Origin: Ignavibacteriae bacterium HGW-Ignavibacteriae-2
GTDB lineage: Bacteria > Bacteroidota > Ignavibacteria > Ignavibacteriales > Melioribacteraceae
Reading direction: 5' to 3'
Assembly (NCBI GenBank): GCA_002839805.1
Contig: PGYT01000028.1
Span: forward strand, 2,320-34,319
Length of the DNA: 32,000 bases
Shown here: positions 8,646 through 18,027 of the stretch, piece by piece
Numbering within the stretch: the stretch's first letter is position 1
How the letters are laid out: every line of letters starts with the position of its first letter
Notes under the pieces: generated by a model
What the model saw: the letters and a program-made list of their open reading frames with translations, nothing else
Databases searched by the model: none
Told to the model about the DNA's origin: nothing
Position numbers and translations under genes: made by a program

Positions 8646-10088
8646 ATGACACTAAAACAAAAAGCTTTTTCGGGTGTCAAATGGAATACAGTTGTAACAA
8701 TTGTTGCTACTGTTGTTCAAATTGCAAAAATCTCCGTTGTTGCGAGATATATAGACAGAGCTGACTTTGGATTGTTGGCAATCGTGAATATGGTCTTAGG
8801 ATTTACTGCCATGTTTACTGATCTTGGTATAACAACGGCAATGCTACATAAGCAAGATATTTCAGTTGAACAATACAGCACTTTATATTGGTTTAACTGG
8901 TTATTAAATATTTTTTTATTTTTAATTATTTGTGGTATTTCACCATTTATAGCTCAATTCTATAACGATCCCAGGCTAACACATTTAATCATCTTAATGG
9001 GCTTGTCAATTATTATTTCGCCTGTTGGTAAAATATATTATACAATCAAACAAAAAAATCTTCAATTTAATTTTATATCAAAAATAAGCATTATAAATAG
9101 TTTATTGGGTTTAACAATTGCGGTTACTTTCGTTTTATTCGGATTTGGTATTTATAGTTTGATTATTACTTCAATTGGCTCTGCATTGTTTTCTGCTATT
9201 GTCTTTAGTATTTCCGGTCGAAATGAAAATAAAATTTTATTTCATTTCAATTTACAAGAAGTGAAAGGATTTTTTAATATTGGTATTTATGATATGGCAC
9301 AGCAGATTCTGGACTATTTCGCCTATAAAATAGATGTTTTATTACTTGGCAAATTTTTTGGAATGGATGATCTCGGTATATATAATCTAGCTAAAGAACT
9401 TATTCTAAAACCTATGAAGATGATTAATCCAATTATAACAAAGGTTGGTATCCCGATTTTTGCAAAAATTCAAAATGATATAAGCGCTCTGAAGCAAAAC
9501 TATATAAAAATACTCGAGATCTTAAGTGTTATCAATTTTGGAATCCTTTCATTTATTTTTGTATTTGCAAAACCAATTGTAATCTTGCTTTATAGCGCCA
9601 AATACGTAGAAGTTTCCGTTTTTGTCCAGATTTTGAGTCTGTGGGGAATGTTCGCTACAGTTGGAAATCCCGCAGGCGTTTTAATGGTCGCCAGAGGAAG
9701 AACAGATCTTGGTTTCAAATGGAGCATAATACGCGTGGTCGTTGCTCCAATATCAATATTTATTGCTAGTTTCTTTTCCATAGTGGCTGTTGCTTATTCT
9801 CAAGTTATACTTCAATTCCTTTTCTTTTTCATTTATTGGCGAATGATGATATACCCACTATCCGACATTTCACTTCGTGAATATGCTGGCTCATTAAAGA
9901 TCGCTATAATTAGTTCTCTGGTGGCAATTATTCCTTCTTTAGTTCTCAATAGTTTTTATGCCGGTGGCGAAATAATGAATTTAATATTAGGAGGAGCAAT
10001 TTTCGGAATATTTTATATTGGTATCGCATTCATCATCAATAAAAAAATAGTTCATTTATTTCAATCATTTATATTTAAAAAGCAGTAG
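8646..10088 (+). CDS. wzx: Wzx-type oligosaccharide flippase (MOP/PST family, WzxC-like)
   Basis: 480 aa, about 12-14 predicted TM helices. The N-terminus KAFSGVKWNTVVTIVATVVQIAKISVVARYIDRADFGLLAIV closely parallels the WzxC-type N-terminal signature. It starts 1 nt after the wecF stop. Confidence 0.85.
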   Translation: MTLKQKAFSGVKWNTVVTIVATVVQIAKISVVARYIDRADFGLLAIVNMVLGFTAMFTDLGITTAMLHKQDISVEQYSTLYWFNWLLNIFLFLIICGISPFIAQFYNDPRLTHLIILMGLSIIISPVGKIYYTIKQKNLQFNFISKISIINSLLGLTIAVTFVLFGFGIYSLIITSIGSALFSAIVFSISGRNENKILFHFNLQEVKGFFNIGIYDMAQQILDYFAYKIDVLLLGKFFGMDDLGIYNLAKELILKPMKMINPIITKVGIPIFAKIQNDISALKQNYIKILEILSVINFGILSFIFVFAKPIVILLYSAKYVEVSVFVQILSLWGMFATVGNPAGVLMVARGRTDLGFKWSIIRVVVAPISIFIASFFSIVAVAYSQVILQFLFFFIYWRMMIYPLSDISLREYAGSLKIAIISSLVAIIPSLVLNSFYAGGEIMNLILGGAIFGIFYIGIAFIINKKIVHLFQSFIFKKQ

Positions 10089-10095
10089 GATAATT

Positions 10096-11856
10096 TTGCC
10101 TGGATTTATTGGAAGAATTGGAAATGGAAATTCAGTCGCTTTTTCAAATGAAAAAAGAACCAACTTATTAATTGAGAATAAGCAGGATAATGCTTTTTTT
10201 ATAGAACGTCGAACTATAAATAAGTTCTTAAATGATAAACCATTTTATGAAGATGAAAATTTTCTGATTTTAGTTGAGGGAGTTGTATTAAATCGTAAAA
10301 CTCTTGAAAGTAATTTTGGTTCCGATTCATTTGCTAAGACTATAATACTTGCCTATAAAAAACATGGTGAGGATTTTTTTAATCAATTCAGGGGAAGTTT
10401 TTCAGGAGTATTTTTTGATAAGCTGGCCAAAAAATGGATTATTTATACTGATCAAATTGGAGATAAACAGATTTTCTATTTCCTATTGCCTGACGGAATT
10501 GTTTTTGGTTCCGAAATGGCATTTGTTCTTGATTATCTTAAGAAAAACGACTTTAATATTACATTAAATCTTACCGGCGCATATCTCTGTTTGACATGTG
10601 GATTTATGATTGAAGATCATACACTGGTCGATGAAATAAAAAAATTGCAGGCTGGTCATTACCTCAAAATTGATGCTAATAATAAAGTTGACATAATAAA
10701 GTATCATGAGTTTAATAATATTCCAAATGAGACCTTAACAAAACAAGAAGCCATAGAAGAAATTGATCGTCTTTTTAGAAATGCCGTAAGTTTACAATTT
10801 GAAAAAGATATTGAATATGGTTACAGACATATAACAACTTTAAGTGGCGGTCTTGATTCTCGTATGACAGTATGGGTTGCGCATGAGTTGGGATTTATAG
10901 ATCAATTAAATACAACATTTTCACAGTCAAATTATCTTGATGAAACGATTGCAAAACAAATCTCTACAGAGTTAAATCATGATTGGTTATTTAAAGCTTT
11001 AGATCATGGTAATTTTTTAAAAAATATTGATGATATTACAAGCATTTCTTATGGTGGAGGTAATTATTTTGGGCTTGCTCATGGAAAAAGTCTATATGAT
11101 TTAATTGATTTTGAAAAATTTGGTATTATGCATACCGGACAGATTGGTGACGCAATAGTAGGTACTTTTTTCTCTGATAATAAGGTTGAAAAAAAATATT
11201 CGATTATTGATGGAGCTTATTCCACACTAATAATTGATAAGATAAAAAATTATAAAATTGAACGTGATTATTACAATGCCGAGATTTTTAAATTGTATAC
11301 TCGTGCCTTTACAGGAGCAAATGTTGGTTTGCTTGTTTTTCAAGAAAAAACTGAAACATGTTCTCCCTTTTTGGATGTAGATTTCCTTTCTTTCTGTTAT
11401 TCCATTCCTGCTGAAATGCGATTTAATCATAAAATATATATTGAATGGATATTGGAAAAATATCCTAAAGCGGCTGATTATATTTGGGAGAAGACGAATT
11501 CAAAAATAGAATATCTTTTAGAAGATAACAAAATAAACCTATTTGGAAGGAAAATCAGGAAGGATTTATTTTTTAAATGGGCATTGGGAGCAGTTAAAAG
11601 AAGGTTGCCATTCAAACCGGGCAAAGCAGCAACTACCAAAGTTGACACCCGATTTCATATGACCCCAATTGATCAATGGTATTTTACTAATGATGTTTTA
11701 CGAAATTATTTGGATTCGTATTATAAGAGTAATATAGATCTTATCAATAATGATGATCTTAAAAAAGATTGTTCTTATCTATATGCAAATGGAAATACCA
11801 GTGAAAGAGCTCAGGTACTTACATTACTTGGAGCTGTAAAATTGATTTATAGTTAG
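10096..11856 (+). CDS. Asparagine synthase (AsnB)-like amidotransferase, N-terminal nucleophile Cys absent
   Basis: 586 aa with a TTG start. PP-loop ATP-pyrophosphatase motif TTLSGGLDSRMT. The Ntn-domain-like N-terminal half contains RGSFSGVFFDK...IYTDQIGDKQIFYF. The N-terminus reads M-P-G-F-I-G instead of the canonical M-C-G. Confidence 0.8.
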   Translation: MPGFIGRIGNGNSVAFSNEKRTNLLIENKQDNAFFIERRTINKFLNDKPFYEDENFLILVEGVVLNRKTLESNFGSDSFAKTIILAYKKHGEDFFNQFRGSFSGVFFDKLAKKWIIYTDQIGDKQIFYFLLPDGIVFGSEMAFVLDYLKKNDFNITLNLTGAYLCLTCGFMIEDHTLVDEIKKLQAGHYLKIDANNKVDIIKYHEFNNIPNETLTKQEAIEEIDRLFRNAVSLQFEKDIEYGYRHITTLSGGLDSRMTVWVAHELGFIDQLNTTFSQSNYLDETIAKQISTELNHDWLFKALDHGNFLKNIDDITSISYGGGNYFGLAHGKSLYDLIDFEKFGIMHTGQIGDAIVGTFFSDNKVEKKYSIIDGAYSTLIIDKIKNYKIERDYYNAEIFKLYTRAFTGANVGLLVFQEKTETCSPFLDVDFLSFCYSIPAEMRFNHKIYIEWILEKYPKAADYIWEKTNSKIEYLLEDNKINLFGRKIRKDLFFKWALGAVKRRLPFKPGKAATTKVDTRFHMTPIDQWYFTNDVLRNYLDSYYKSNIDLINNDDLKKDCSYLYANGNTSERAQVLTLLGAVKLIYS

Positions 11857-11970
11857 TTATTGGAAGCTTACATATATTTAAGTTTTATTTTGAATTACAG
11901 GTTTGTGTATAATCTATTACAAAAAATATTTTTAGAATATTAATTATATATTAAACTACTTTGAGGAAAA

Positions 11971-12600
11971 GTGAAAAAACGAATTCTTGTTTTAGCACCA
12001 CACACAGATGATGGTGAGTTTGGTTGTGGTGGAACAATTAGTAAAATGATAAACGAGGGTAATGAGGTTTATTACGCTGCGTTTTCAGCTTGCCAGCAGT
12101 CGGTAGCCAAAGAATTTCCCTCCGATATTTTGATCACAGAGGTAAAAGCCGCGACCAAAGTACTTGGAATCAAACCGGAAAATTTAATATTGTTTGATTA
12201 CGACGTTAGAACTTTTAATTATAAGAGGCAGGAAATACTGGAAGATATTATTAAAGTTAGAAATCATATATCTCCCGATATAGTATTTATGCCATCTGTA
12301 AATGATATTCATCAGGATCATTATACAATCGCATTTGAGGGAATAAGAGCTTTCAAAAACAGTACAATACTTTGTTATGAAATGCCATGGAATAATTTTA
12401 CTTTTAATACAACAGCATTTATTACTCTCGATGAATCCCATATACAAATTAAAATTAAAGCATTATCAGAATACCATTCACAAAAACATAGGTCCTATGC
12501 GAATGCTGAATTTATAAAATCTTTGGCCAGGATTCGCGGTGTGCAAGTAAATAAAGAATATGCAGAAGTTTTTGAGGTTATTAGATGGATAATGGAATAA
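11971..12600 (+). CDS. PIG-L/LmbE family N-acetyl-sugar deacetylase
   Basis: 209 aa with a GTG start preceded by GAGGAAAA. Signature VLAPHTDDGEFGCGGT and HQDH zinc-binding motifs typical of LmbE/PIG-L deacetylases. Confidence 0.85.
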   Translation: MKKRILVLAPHTDDGEFGCGGTISKMINEGNEVYYAAFSACQQSVAKEFPSDILITEVKAATKVLGIKPENLILFDYDVRTFNYKRQEILEDIIKVRNHISPDIVFMPSVNDIHQDHYTIAFEGIRAFKNSTILCYEMPWNNFTFNTTAFITLDESHIQIKIKALSEYHSQKHRSYANAEFIKSLARIRGVQVNKEYAEVFEVIRWIME

Positions 12601-13253
12601 AGTTAAATTTATTGGGATTGGGTGGAGTTTGTTCAATCGCTTTGGATATAATTCAAAATTATAAAAAAGATATTTCAGTCTCAACCATTTACGATGATTC
12701 CATTGAGAAAATAAATAAAATTTATAATAACCACTTAATAAAAGATGCTATATCAAATTATGTCGTTTCAGCCAGTAATGGAACTATATATTTTAATTGT
12801 TTGGGCAATATAAATGCAATAAAAAATAGAATTTATTATTCCAAGCTGTTAAAAGAAAAAGGGGCAAAAACTATCAACATTATTCATCCAAATTGTTTTT
12901 TGTCAAATGAAATCAGTATTGGAGTAGGGAATTTAATTTGTCCTGGCGTAATTATAAACACAAAAGCCAGTGTCGGTGATGAAAATATAATATTCTCAAA
13001 TTCAGTTATTGAACATGATTCATCTCTGGGAAATTTATGTTATGTATCGCCATCTGTTACAATATGTGGGAAAGTAAATATCGAAGACCACGTTTATATA
13101 GGACCGAATGCGGTTATTACGGCAGGAATTAATATTGGCAAGAATTCTATAATTGGTGCGGGAGCAGTTGTGCTTAAAAATGTTCCGGAAAACTCAGTAT
13201 TTGTTGGCAATCCAGCAAAATATTTAAAAGCGAACGAGCTTTGGGGAATATGA
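12585..13253 (+). CDS. NeuD/PglD-family sugar N-acyltransferase (left-handed beta-helix)
   Basis: 222 aa. The N-terminal Rossmann-like LLGLGG segment is followed by hexapeptide repeats (IGVGNLICPGVIIN, IGPNAVITAGINIGKNSIIGAGAVV) and a C-terminal VGNPAK. It overlaps the upstream gene by 16 nt. Confidence 0.8.
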   Translation: MDNGIKLNLLGLGGVCSIALDIIQNYKKDISVSTIYDDSIEKINKIYNNHLIKDAISNYVVSASNGTIYFNCLGNINAIKNRIYYSKLLKEKGAKTINIIHPNCFLSNEISIGVGNLICPGVIINTKASVGDENIIFSNSVIEHDSSLGNLCYVSPSVTICGKVNIEDHVYIGPNAVITAGINIGKNSIIGAGAVVLKNVPENSVFVGNPAKYLKANELWGI

Positions 13254-14308
13254 TGATATTACATTCAAAACCTACAATAGATGATTCTGATATAAACGTA
13301 GTTGTGAATGTTCTGACAAGTGGACACCTAGAGGATGGAGAAAATGTCGAAATTCTTGAATCAGCCTTTCGTAAAAAATATAATAGAAAATATGCCGCCG
13401 CGGTTTCAAGTGGATTTTCAGCTATACACTTAGCATTAATTTCTTTGGAGGTCGGAGAGAATGATGAGGTTATAATTCCATCTTACACTTGCTCGGCTTT
13501 ACTAAATCCAATCCTACTATTAAAAGCAAAACCAATTATTATAGATGTTGATAAAGATTCTTTCAATATCTCGGCGGATAATTTGCATAAAAGAATTTCG
13601 AAAAGGACTAAAGCGATAATTGTGCCTCATACCTTCGGATTTCCTGCACCTATCGAAGAAATTATTTCTTTAGGAATACCAGTTATTGAGGATTGCGCGC
13701 AGGCGATTGGCGGTTCCTTCAAGGGAAAATTACTCGGAAACTTTGGACAGTTAAGTGTATTCTCATTTTATGCCAGTAAAATGATATGCAGCGGCGATGG
13801 TGGGATGATTTTGACCGATAATGAGCAATTTATAGAAACAATTAAAAACTTTAGGTATTATGGTCATAAAAAACTTCATAAATATTTGGCATACAATTAT
13901 CATATGACCAATCTTCCAGCTGCTTTGGCCAATTCACAATTACAAAAAAATAATGAGTTTATCTTAAAAAGAAAAGAACTGGCCTCTTTTTACGATGAGT
14001 ATTTTGATAATCATCCTCTAATTCAAACAGATTTCGCAAATAAATGCGAAGCTTGTTTTTATAGATATCCGGTCAGAGTTGGAAATAAAATTGACATTAT
14101 TAAATTTGGCATGGAAAGCGAAGGGGTAAAATGTGGTTATGGTGTGCTCGAGGGGATGCATCAGATGTTAGACCTCAATGACAATAATTTTCCCAACACG
14201 ATGAATAACTTAAAATCAATTCTTAGCCTTCCAATTTATCCCACATTAAAAAAAGAAGAGACAGAGTTAATCGCAGAAAAATTAATTAATCTTATCGAGA
14301 AACTATGA
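13250..14308 (+). CDS. DegT/DnrJ/EryC1/StrS family PLP-dependent sugar aminotransferase
   Basis: The ORF track starts at TTG 13241. ATG 13250 forms an ATGA overlap with the upstream stop and gives the typical MMILHSKPTI N-terminus. Motifs DEVIIPSYTC, VIEDCAQAIG and SFYASKMI (PLP lysine). Confidence 0.85.
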   Translation: MMILHSKPTIDDSDINVVVNVLTSGHLEDGENVEILESAFRKKYNRKYAAAVSSGFSAIHLALISLEVGENDEVIIPSYTCSALLNPILLLKAKPIIIDVDKDSFNISADNLHKRISKRTKAIIVPHTFGFPAPIEEIISLGIPVIEDCAQAIGGSFKGKLLGNFGQLSVFSFYASKMICSGDGGMILTDNEQFIETIKNFRYYGHKKLHKYLAYNYHMTNLPAALANSQLQKNNEFILKRKELASFYDEYFDNHPLIQTDFANKCEACFYRYPVRVGNKIDIIKFGMESEGVKCGYGVLEGMHQMLDLNDNNFPNTMNNLKSILSLPIYPTLKKEETELIAEKLINLIEKL

Positions 14309-14979
14309 CAGTTGCAATACATCAACCTAATTTTATTCCCTGGATTGGCTTTTTTTATAAAATTATGAAAGCTGACGTTTTTGTGATGCTTGATGACGTA
14401 CAATTTACAAAGAACAGTTTTATAAATCGTAATAAAATTAAATCCCAAAATGGGGAGCAATGGTTAACTCAACCGGTAAAGCATTCCGGTAAATTTGGAC
14501 AGCAGATAAACAAAGTTGAAATAATAAACCATACTAAAAGTTTTTCAAAAATTAAATCCTCTATCAGGACAAATTATGGAAAATCCGAATATTTCAGTGA
14601 AATATTTGATATTATTGATTCTAATTTGGATAACGAATCAAATCTAGTGAAAGTGAATGTAAATTTAATAAAAACGTTTTGTAGCTATATGGGATTTGAT
14701 AATAAAATAGTTTTTTCGAGCTCGTTATCAACAGTAGGAGACTCAACAGATAGACTCATCAGTATTTGTAAAGAATTAAAAGCATCAAATTATTTGGCGG
14801 GTTTCGGTAGTAAAAATTATCAAGAATCAGAAAAATTTTCGGCAGAAGGAATTCAGTGTGATATTTATAATTTTATTCATCCTGTATATAACCAATTGTG
14901 GGGTGAGTTTATATATAATCTGTCAATAATTGATTTTTTATTCAATGTTGGACCCAATGCCCAAAAGTACCTAAAATAA
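14305..14979 (+). CDS. WbqC family protein (function unknown, O-antigen associated)
   Basis: 224 aa. The N-terminus MTVAIHQPNFIPWIGFFYKIMKADVFVMLDDVQF is the characteristic WbqC-like signature. ATGA overlap with the aminotransferase. Confidence 0.8.
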   Translation: MTVAIHQPNFIPWIGFFYKIMKADVFVMLDDVQFTKNSFINRNKIKSQNGEQWLTQPVKHSGKFGQQINKVEIINHTKSFSKIKSSIRTNYGKSEYFSEIFDIIDSNLDNESNLVKVNVNLIKTFCSYMGFDNKIVFSSSLSTVGDSTDRLISICKELKASNYLAGFGSKNYQESEKFSAEGIQCDIYNFIHPVYNQLWGEFIYNLSIIDFLFNVGPNAQKYLK

Positions 14980-15059
14980 ACTCGTTCATAAAATTAGTTT
15001 ATATAAAATTGAACTATCTTCAAAATCTTGAAATATGATCACAAGGCCTTTGCAATAAA

Positions 15060-16202
15060 ATGAAACTACTTAAATTCGACACTCTTTATCCCGCAGATTA
15101 TATCAATTCTAAAATAAGAGATAATTTTAGTGAAATTCAAAAAATGAGTTATGAAGAATTTCACAAATGGGTTATATCGTTAAGAATGAATTTTTCGGAT
15201 TTTTATTCATATAATCTTTCAGTACACGGTTGGGATGCTAAAGAAATATTTTTAGGGAATAGAGTATATTTAGATAAATGCGGTAATCGATATTTTGGCG
15301 GCCTATTTTTTTTGTATAAACTATTCTATAAAATAATGAATAAATATTTTTTAAAAAACATTTCCTTAAACGAAAGATTACTTAAAAAAATTATTAAGAT
15401 TGAAAAACCGGACGTGATTTATGTTAGAGAACAATCTACTATAAGAAGTAAATTTTGGGAACAATTCAAAGATAATTGCCTTCTCGTTTCGAGGATGGAT
15501 TGTGGAATTCCTAAAGATTGGTCACCCCTTTCGTTCGATCTTATCTACACAAATATAAATTCATATAAAGATTTTTTCGAGGCAAATAATATCAAAACTC
15601 TTTCAAATTCAAATGGTTTTGATAAAAGAATAACAGATGAAATACAGTTTTCTACCAAAATATATGATATCACTTTTATAGGTGGACTTGGTGACTATTA
15701 CGGCTTTGTTGATAGAACTAATTTCTATGAAAAATTACTCGCTGAATTAGGGAATCAAATAAAATTTTATTGGTGGGGGTATAAAACTGGAGATTTTGAT
15801 AAAAAATACCCTTTGCTTGCCAAATCTCATCGAGGACAAGCCGGCGGTAGAGAAATGTTCGAAATTTATGCACAATCTAAAATTGTTATGAATGATTATG
15901 GTGTTGCCGCTAATGGTAAAGCAGTAAATCAGAGAATATTTGAGGTTTTAGGTGTCGGATCCTTTCTTCTTACCAGGTACAGTGAATCCTTAATTGATTG
16001 GAAAGATTTTTTAGATACCTATAATAATGTTGAAGAGTGTGTTGAAAAAATAAACTTCTATATAAACAATGATCTTGTACGTGAAGATATTGCATCAAAA
16101 GGGCAAGAATGGGTTTTAAAAAAGTATAATTATAGAGGTTTACTAGGGCAAATAAGTGATGAATTGATCTCACATTACAATTCTAAATTCAAAATACAAT
16201 AA
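15060..16202 (+). CDS. CgeB-like glycosyltransferase (Glyco_trans_1_2-type C-terminal domain)
   Basis: 380 aa. The C-terminal block NQRIFEVLGVGSFLLTRYSESL...ECVEKINFYINNDLVREDIASKGQEWVLKKY matches my recollection of the CgeB/DUF3880-associated GT-B half-domain. Confidence 0.6.
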   Translation: MKLLKFDTLYPADYINSKIRDNFSEIQKMSYEEFHKWVISLRMNFSDFYSYNLSVHGWDAKEIFLGNRVYLDKCGNRYFGGLFFLYKLFYKIMNKYFLKNISLNERLLKKIIKIEKPDVIYVREQSTIRSKFWEQFKDNCLLVSRMDCGIPKDWSPLSFDLIYTNINSYKDFFEANNIKTLSNSNGFDKRITDEIQFSTKIYDITFIGGLGDYYGFVDRTNFYEKLLAELGNQIKFYWWGYKTGDFDKKYPLLAKSHRGQAGGREMFEIYAQSKIVMNDYGVAANGKAVNQRIFEVLGVGSFLLTRYSESLIDWKDFLDTYNNVEECVEKINFYINNDLVREDIASKGQEWVLKKYNYRGLLGQISDELISHYNSKFKIQ

Positions 16203-16221
16203 AAAATTCGGCAATAATTTT

Positions 16222-17064
16222 TTGAGAGTGAATAAAATTAAACTTTCCATTATTACAATCAATTACAATAATGTGTTGGGTCTTCAAAAAACTATCGAAA
16301 GTGTAGTTTCTCAGACCTCCCAAGATTTTGAATATATAATTATTGACGGAGGCTCTACAGACGGAAGTATTGATGTGATAAAAAAATATGCCGATCGAAT
16401 AAAGTATTGGATCAGTGAGCCGGACAATGGCGTTTATAACGCGATGAATAAAGGTATCAGAGCCGCGAATGGTGAATTTTGTCAGTTCTTAAATTCCGGT
16501 GATTTTTTGGTTTCACCAACAGTTACTTCAAGTATGTTATCAAATATGCCAGAATGTGATATTTATTATGGTAATATGATTAAAAAAATGGATGAAAATC
16601 GGGTGCTTTATAATAGAAAGATCCCTACAATTTCAATGCTAACATTTTATAAGGGAACTCTAAATCATCCGTCAACTTACATTAGAAGAAGTTTATTTGA
16701 CACTTTTGGTCTTTATGATGAAAATCTACAAATTGTTTCCGATTGGAAGTTCTTTATGACTGTTGTTGGAATGCACAATGTTAAGGTCGCTTATAAAGAT
16801 ATTGATTTAACATATTTTGATATGACAGGTAAAAGTAACACCAATAATATTTTACAAGAAAATGAACGCAGGAAAGTATTAAAAGAAACGATACCGGTGA
16901 ATATTCTGGCTGATTATGATCGATATGCAAATTATATTATCAGTATGAAAAGACTTAATCGATTCAAAATAACAAAGTGGTTGGTTTTTATTGTTGAGAG
17001 AATACTATTTAAATTAGAAAAAATAGAAACATCTATAAAAAAAACACATATTCATTACCTATAG
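16222..17064 (+). CDS. GT2 family glycosyltransferase (WcaE-like)
   Basis: 280 aa. LSIITINYNN...SQTSQDFEYIIIDGGSTDGS and the DxD-like NSGD. Start is TTG 16222, or alternatively GTG 16228. Confidence 0.85.
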   Translation: MRVNKIKLSIITINYNNVLGLQKTIESVVSQTSQDFEYIIIDGGSTDGSIDVIKKYADRIKYWISEPDNGVYNAMNKGIRAANGEFCQFLNSGDFLVSPTVTSSMLSNMPECDIYYGNMIKKMDENRVLYNRKIPTISMLTFYKGTLNHPSTYIRRSLFDTFGLYDENLQIVSDWKFFMTVVGMHNVKVAYKDIDLTYFDMTGKSNTNNILQENERRKVLKETIPVNILADYDRYANYIISMKRLNRFKITKWLVFIVERILFKLEKIETSIKKTHIHYL

Positions 17065-17091
17065 TCATAAAAATAGAGAATAGACACTCGA

Positions 17092-18000
17092 ATGAAATCA
17101 ATTTTGAAACAGTTATTTAATAATTTATATCAGTTAATACCTGGTAAAAAATATTTATTTCTTTTAATAAAAATGTTTTACAAACCCCCACTAAAAATAG
17201 CCCATAAACTCTATTTTGGCGGATCATTTCCAGTAAACTATAATGGTTATTCTTTTCGTATGAATGGTTTTAATAAACGCGGATTTTCCAGGGAAAATCT
17301 ATTATTCTGGTACGGTCTGGGTAAAGGCGCTAATTGGGAGAGGCAGTCGGTTGATCTATGGATTGAAATGGTAAAATATTCCGAAGTTGTTCTTGATATT
17401 GGAGCTAATACTGGTTTTTATTCTCTCCTTGCTAAATCCGTAAATCCAAATATTAAAGTAATCGGATTTGAGCCGGTGGCTCATGTTTATAATTATTATA
17501 GCAGTAATTGCAAATTAAATAAATACGATATTGATATTCACAATATAGCAATCTCAAATAAAACCGGTTATTCACAAATATTTAGTGAAAAGACCGAAAA
17601 AAATGTATATTCAGCTTCACTCGATGAAAAATTCGCTAAAGATCACTCGACCAAAGAAATATTAGCTTTTCAAATTAAAACTGTTACGTTATTTGATTTC
17701 ATCAAACAGGAAAAATTATCCAAAGTTGATTTGATTAAAATTGATGTTGAGGGTTTCGAGGCTGAAGTTTTGGTTGGAATGGGGGAATATCTGCGTAATT
17801 TCGCTCCAACTATGTTAATTGAGATCTTAACTGATGAGTTGGGCGCTGAGGTTCAGTCTATATTGGATGATGTCGGATATCTCTATTTTAAACTTAATAA
17901 AGGACCCCGTCCAGAATTAGTTCAGAAAATAATTGCAAGTGATGATTATAATTATTTTATCTGTAAAGTTGAAGTCGCAAAACAATTAAAACTATTATAA
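17092..18000 (+). CDS. FkbM family SAM-dependent methyltransferase
   Basis: 302 aa. VLDIGANTGFYSLL (SAM-binding) and LIKIDVEGFEAEVL are both hallmark FkbM-family blocks. Confidence 0.85.
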   Translation: MKSILKQLFNNLYQLIPGKKYLFLLIKMFYKPPLKIAHKLYFGGSFPVNYNGYSFRMNGFNKRGFSRENLLFWYGLGKGANWERQSVDLWIEMVKYSEVVLDIGANTGFYSLLAKSVNPNIKVIGFEPVAHVYNYYSSNCKLNKYDIDIHNIAISNKTGYSQIFSEKTEKNVYSASLDEKFAKDHSTKEILAFQIKTVTLFDFIKQEKLSKVDLIKIDVEGFEAEVLVGMGEYLRNFAPTMLIEILTDELGAEVQSILDDVGYLYFKLNKGPRPELVQKIIASDDYNYFICKVEVAKQLKLL

Positions 18001-18027
18001 TAAAAAATATAGAATATTCTTTCTAAT

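Noticed and set aside
11890-11913. TTGAAT ... TATAAT pair upstream of the PIG-L gene as a promoter
   Set aside because: The spacer is only 12 nt, too short for a sigma70-type promoter. The TATAAT alone is uninformative in AT-rich DNA.
15044-15051. GC-containing palindrome AAGGCCTT just upstream of ATG 15060
   Set aside because: It is too short, has no loop, and cannot form a hairpin. It is most simply a chance palindrome (it contains an AGGCCT site) and has no regulatory support.
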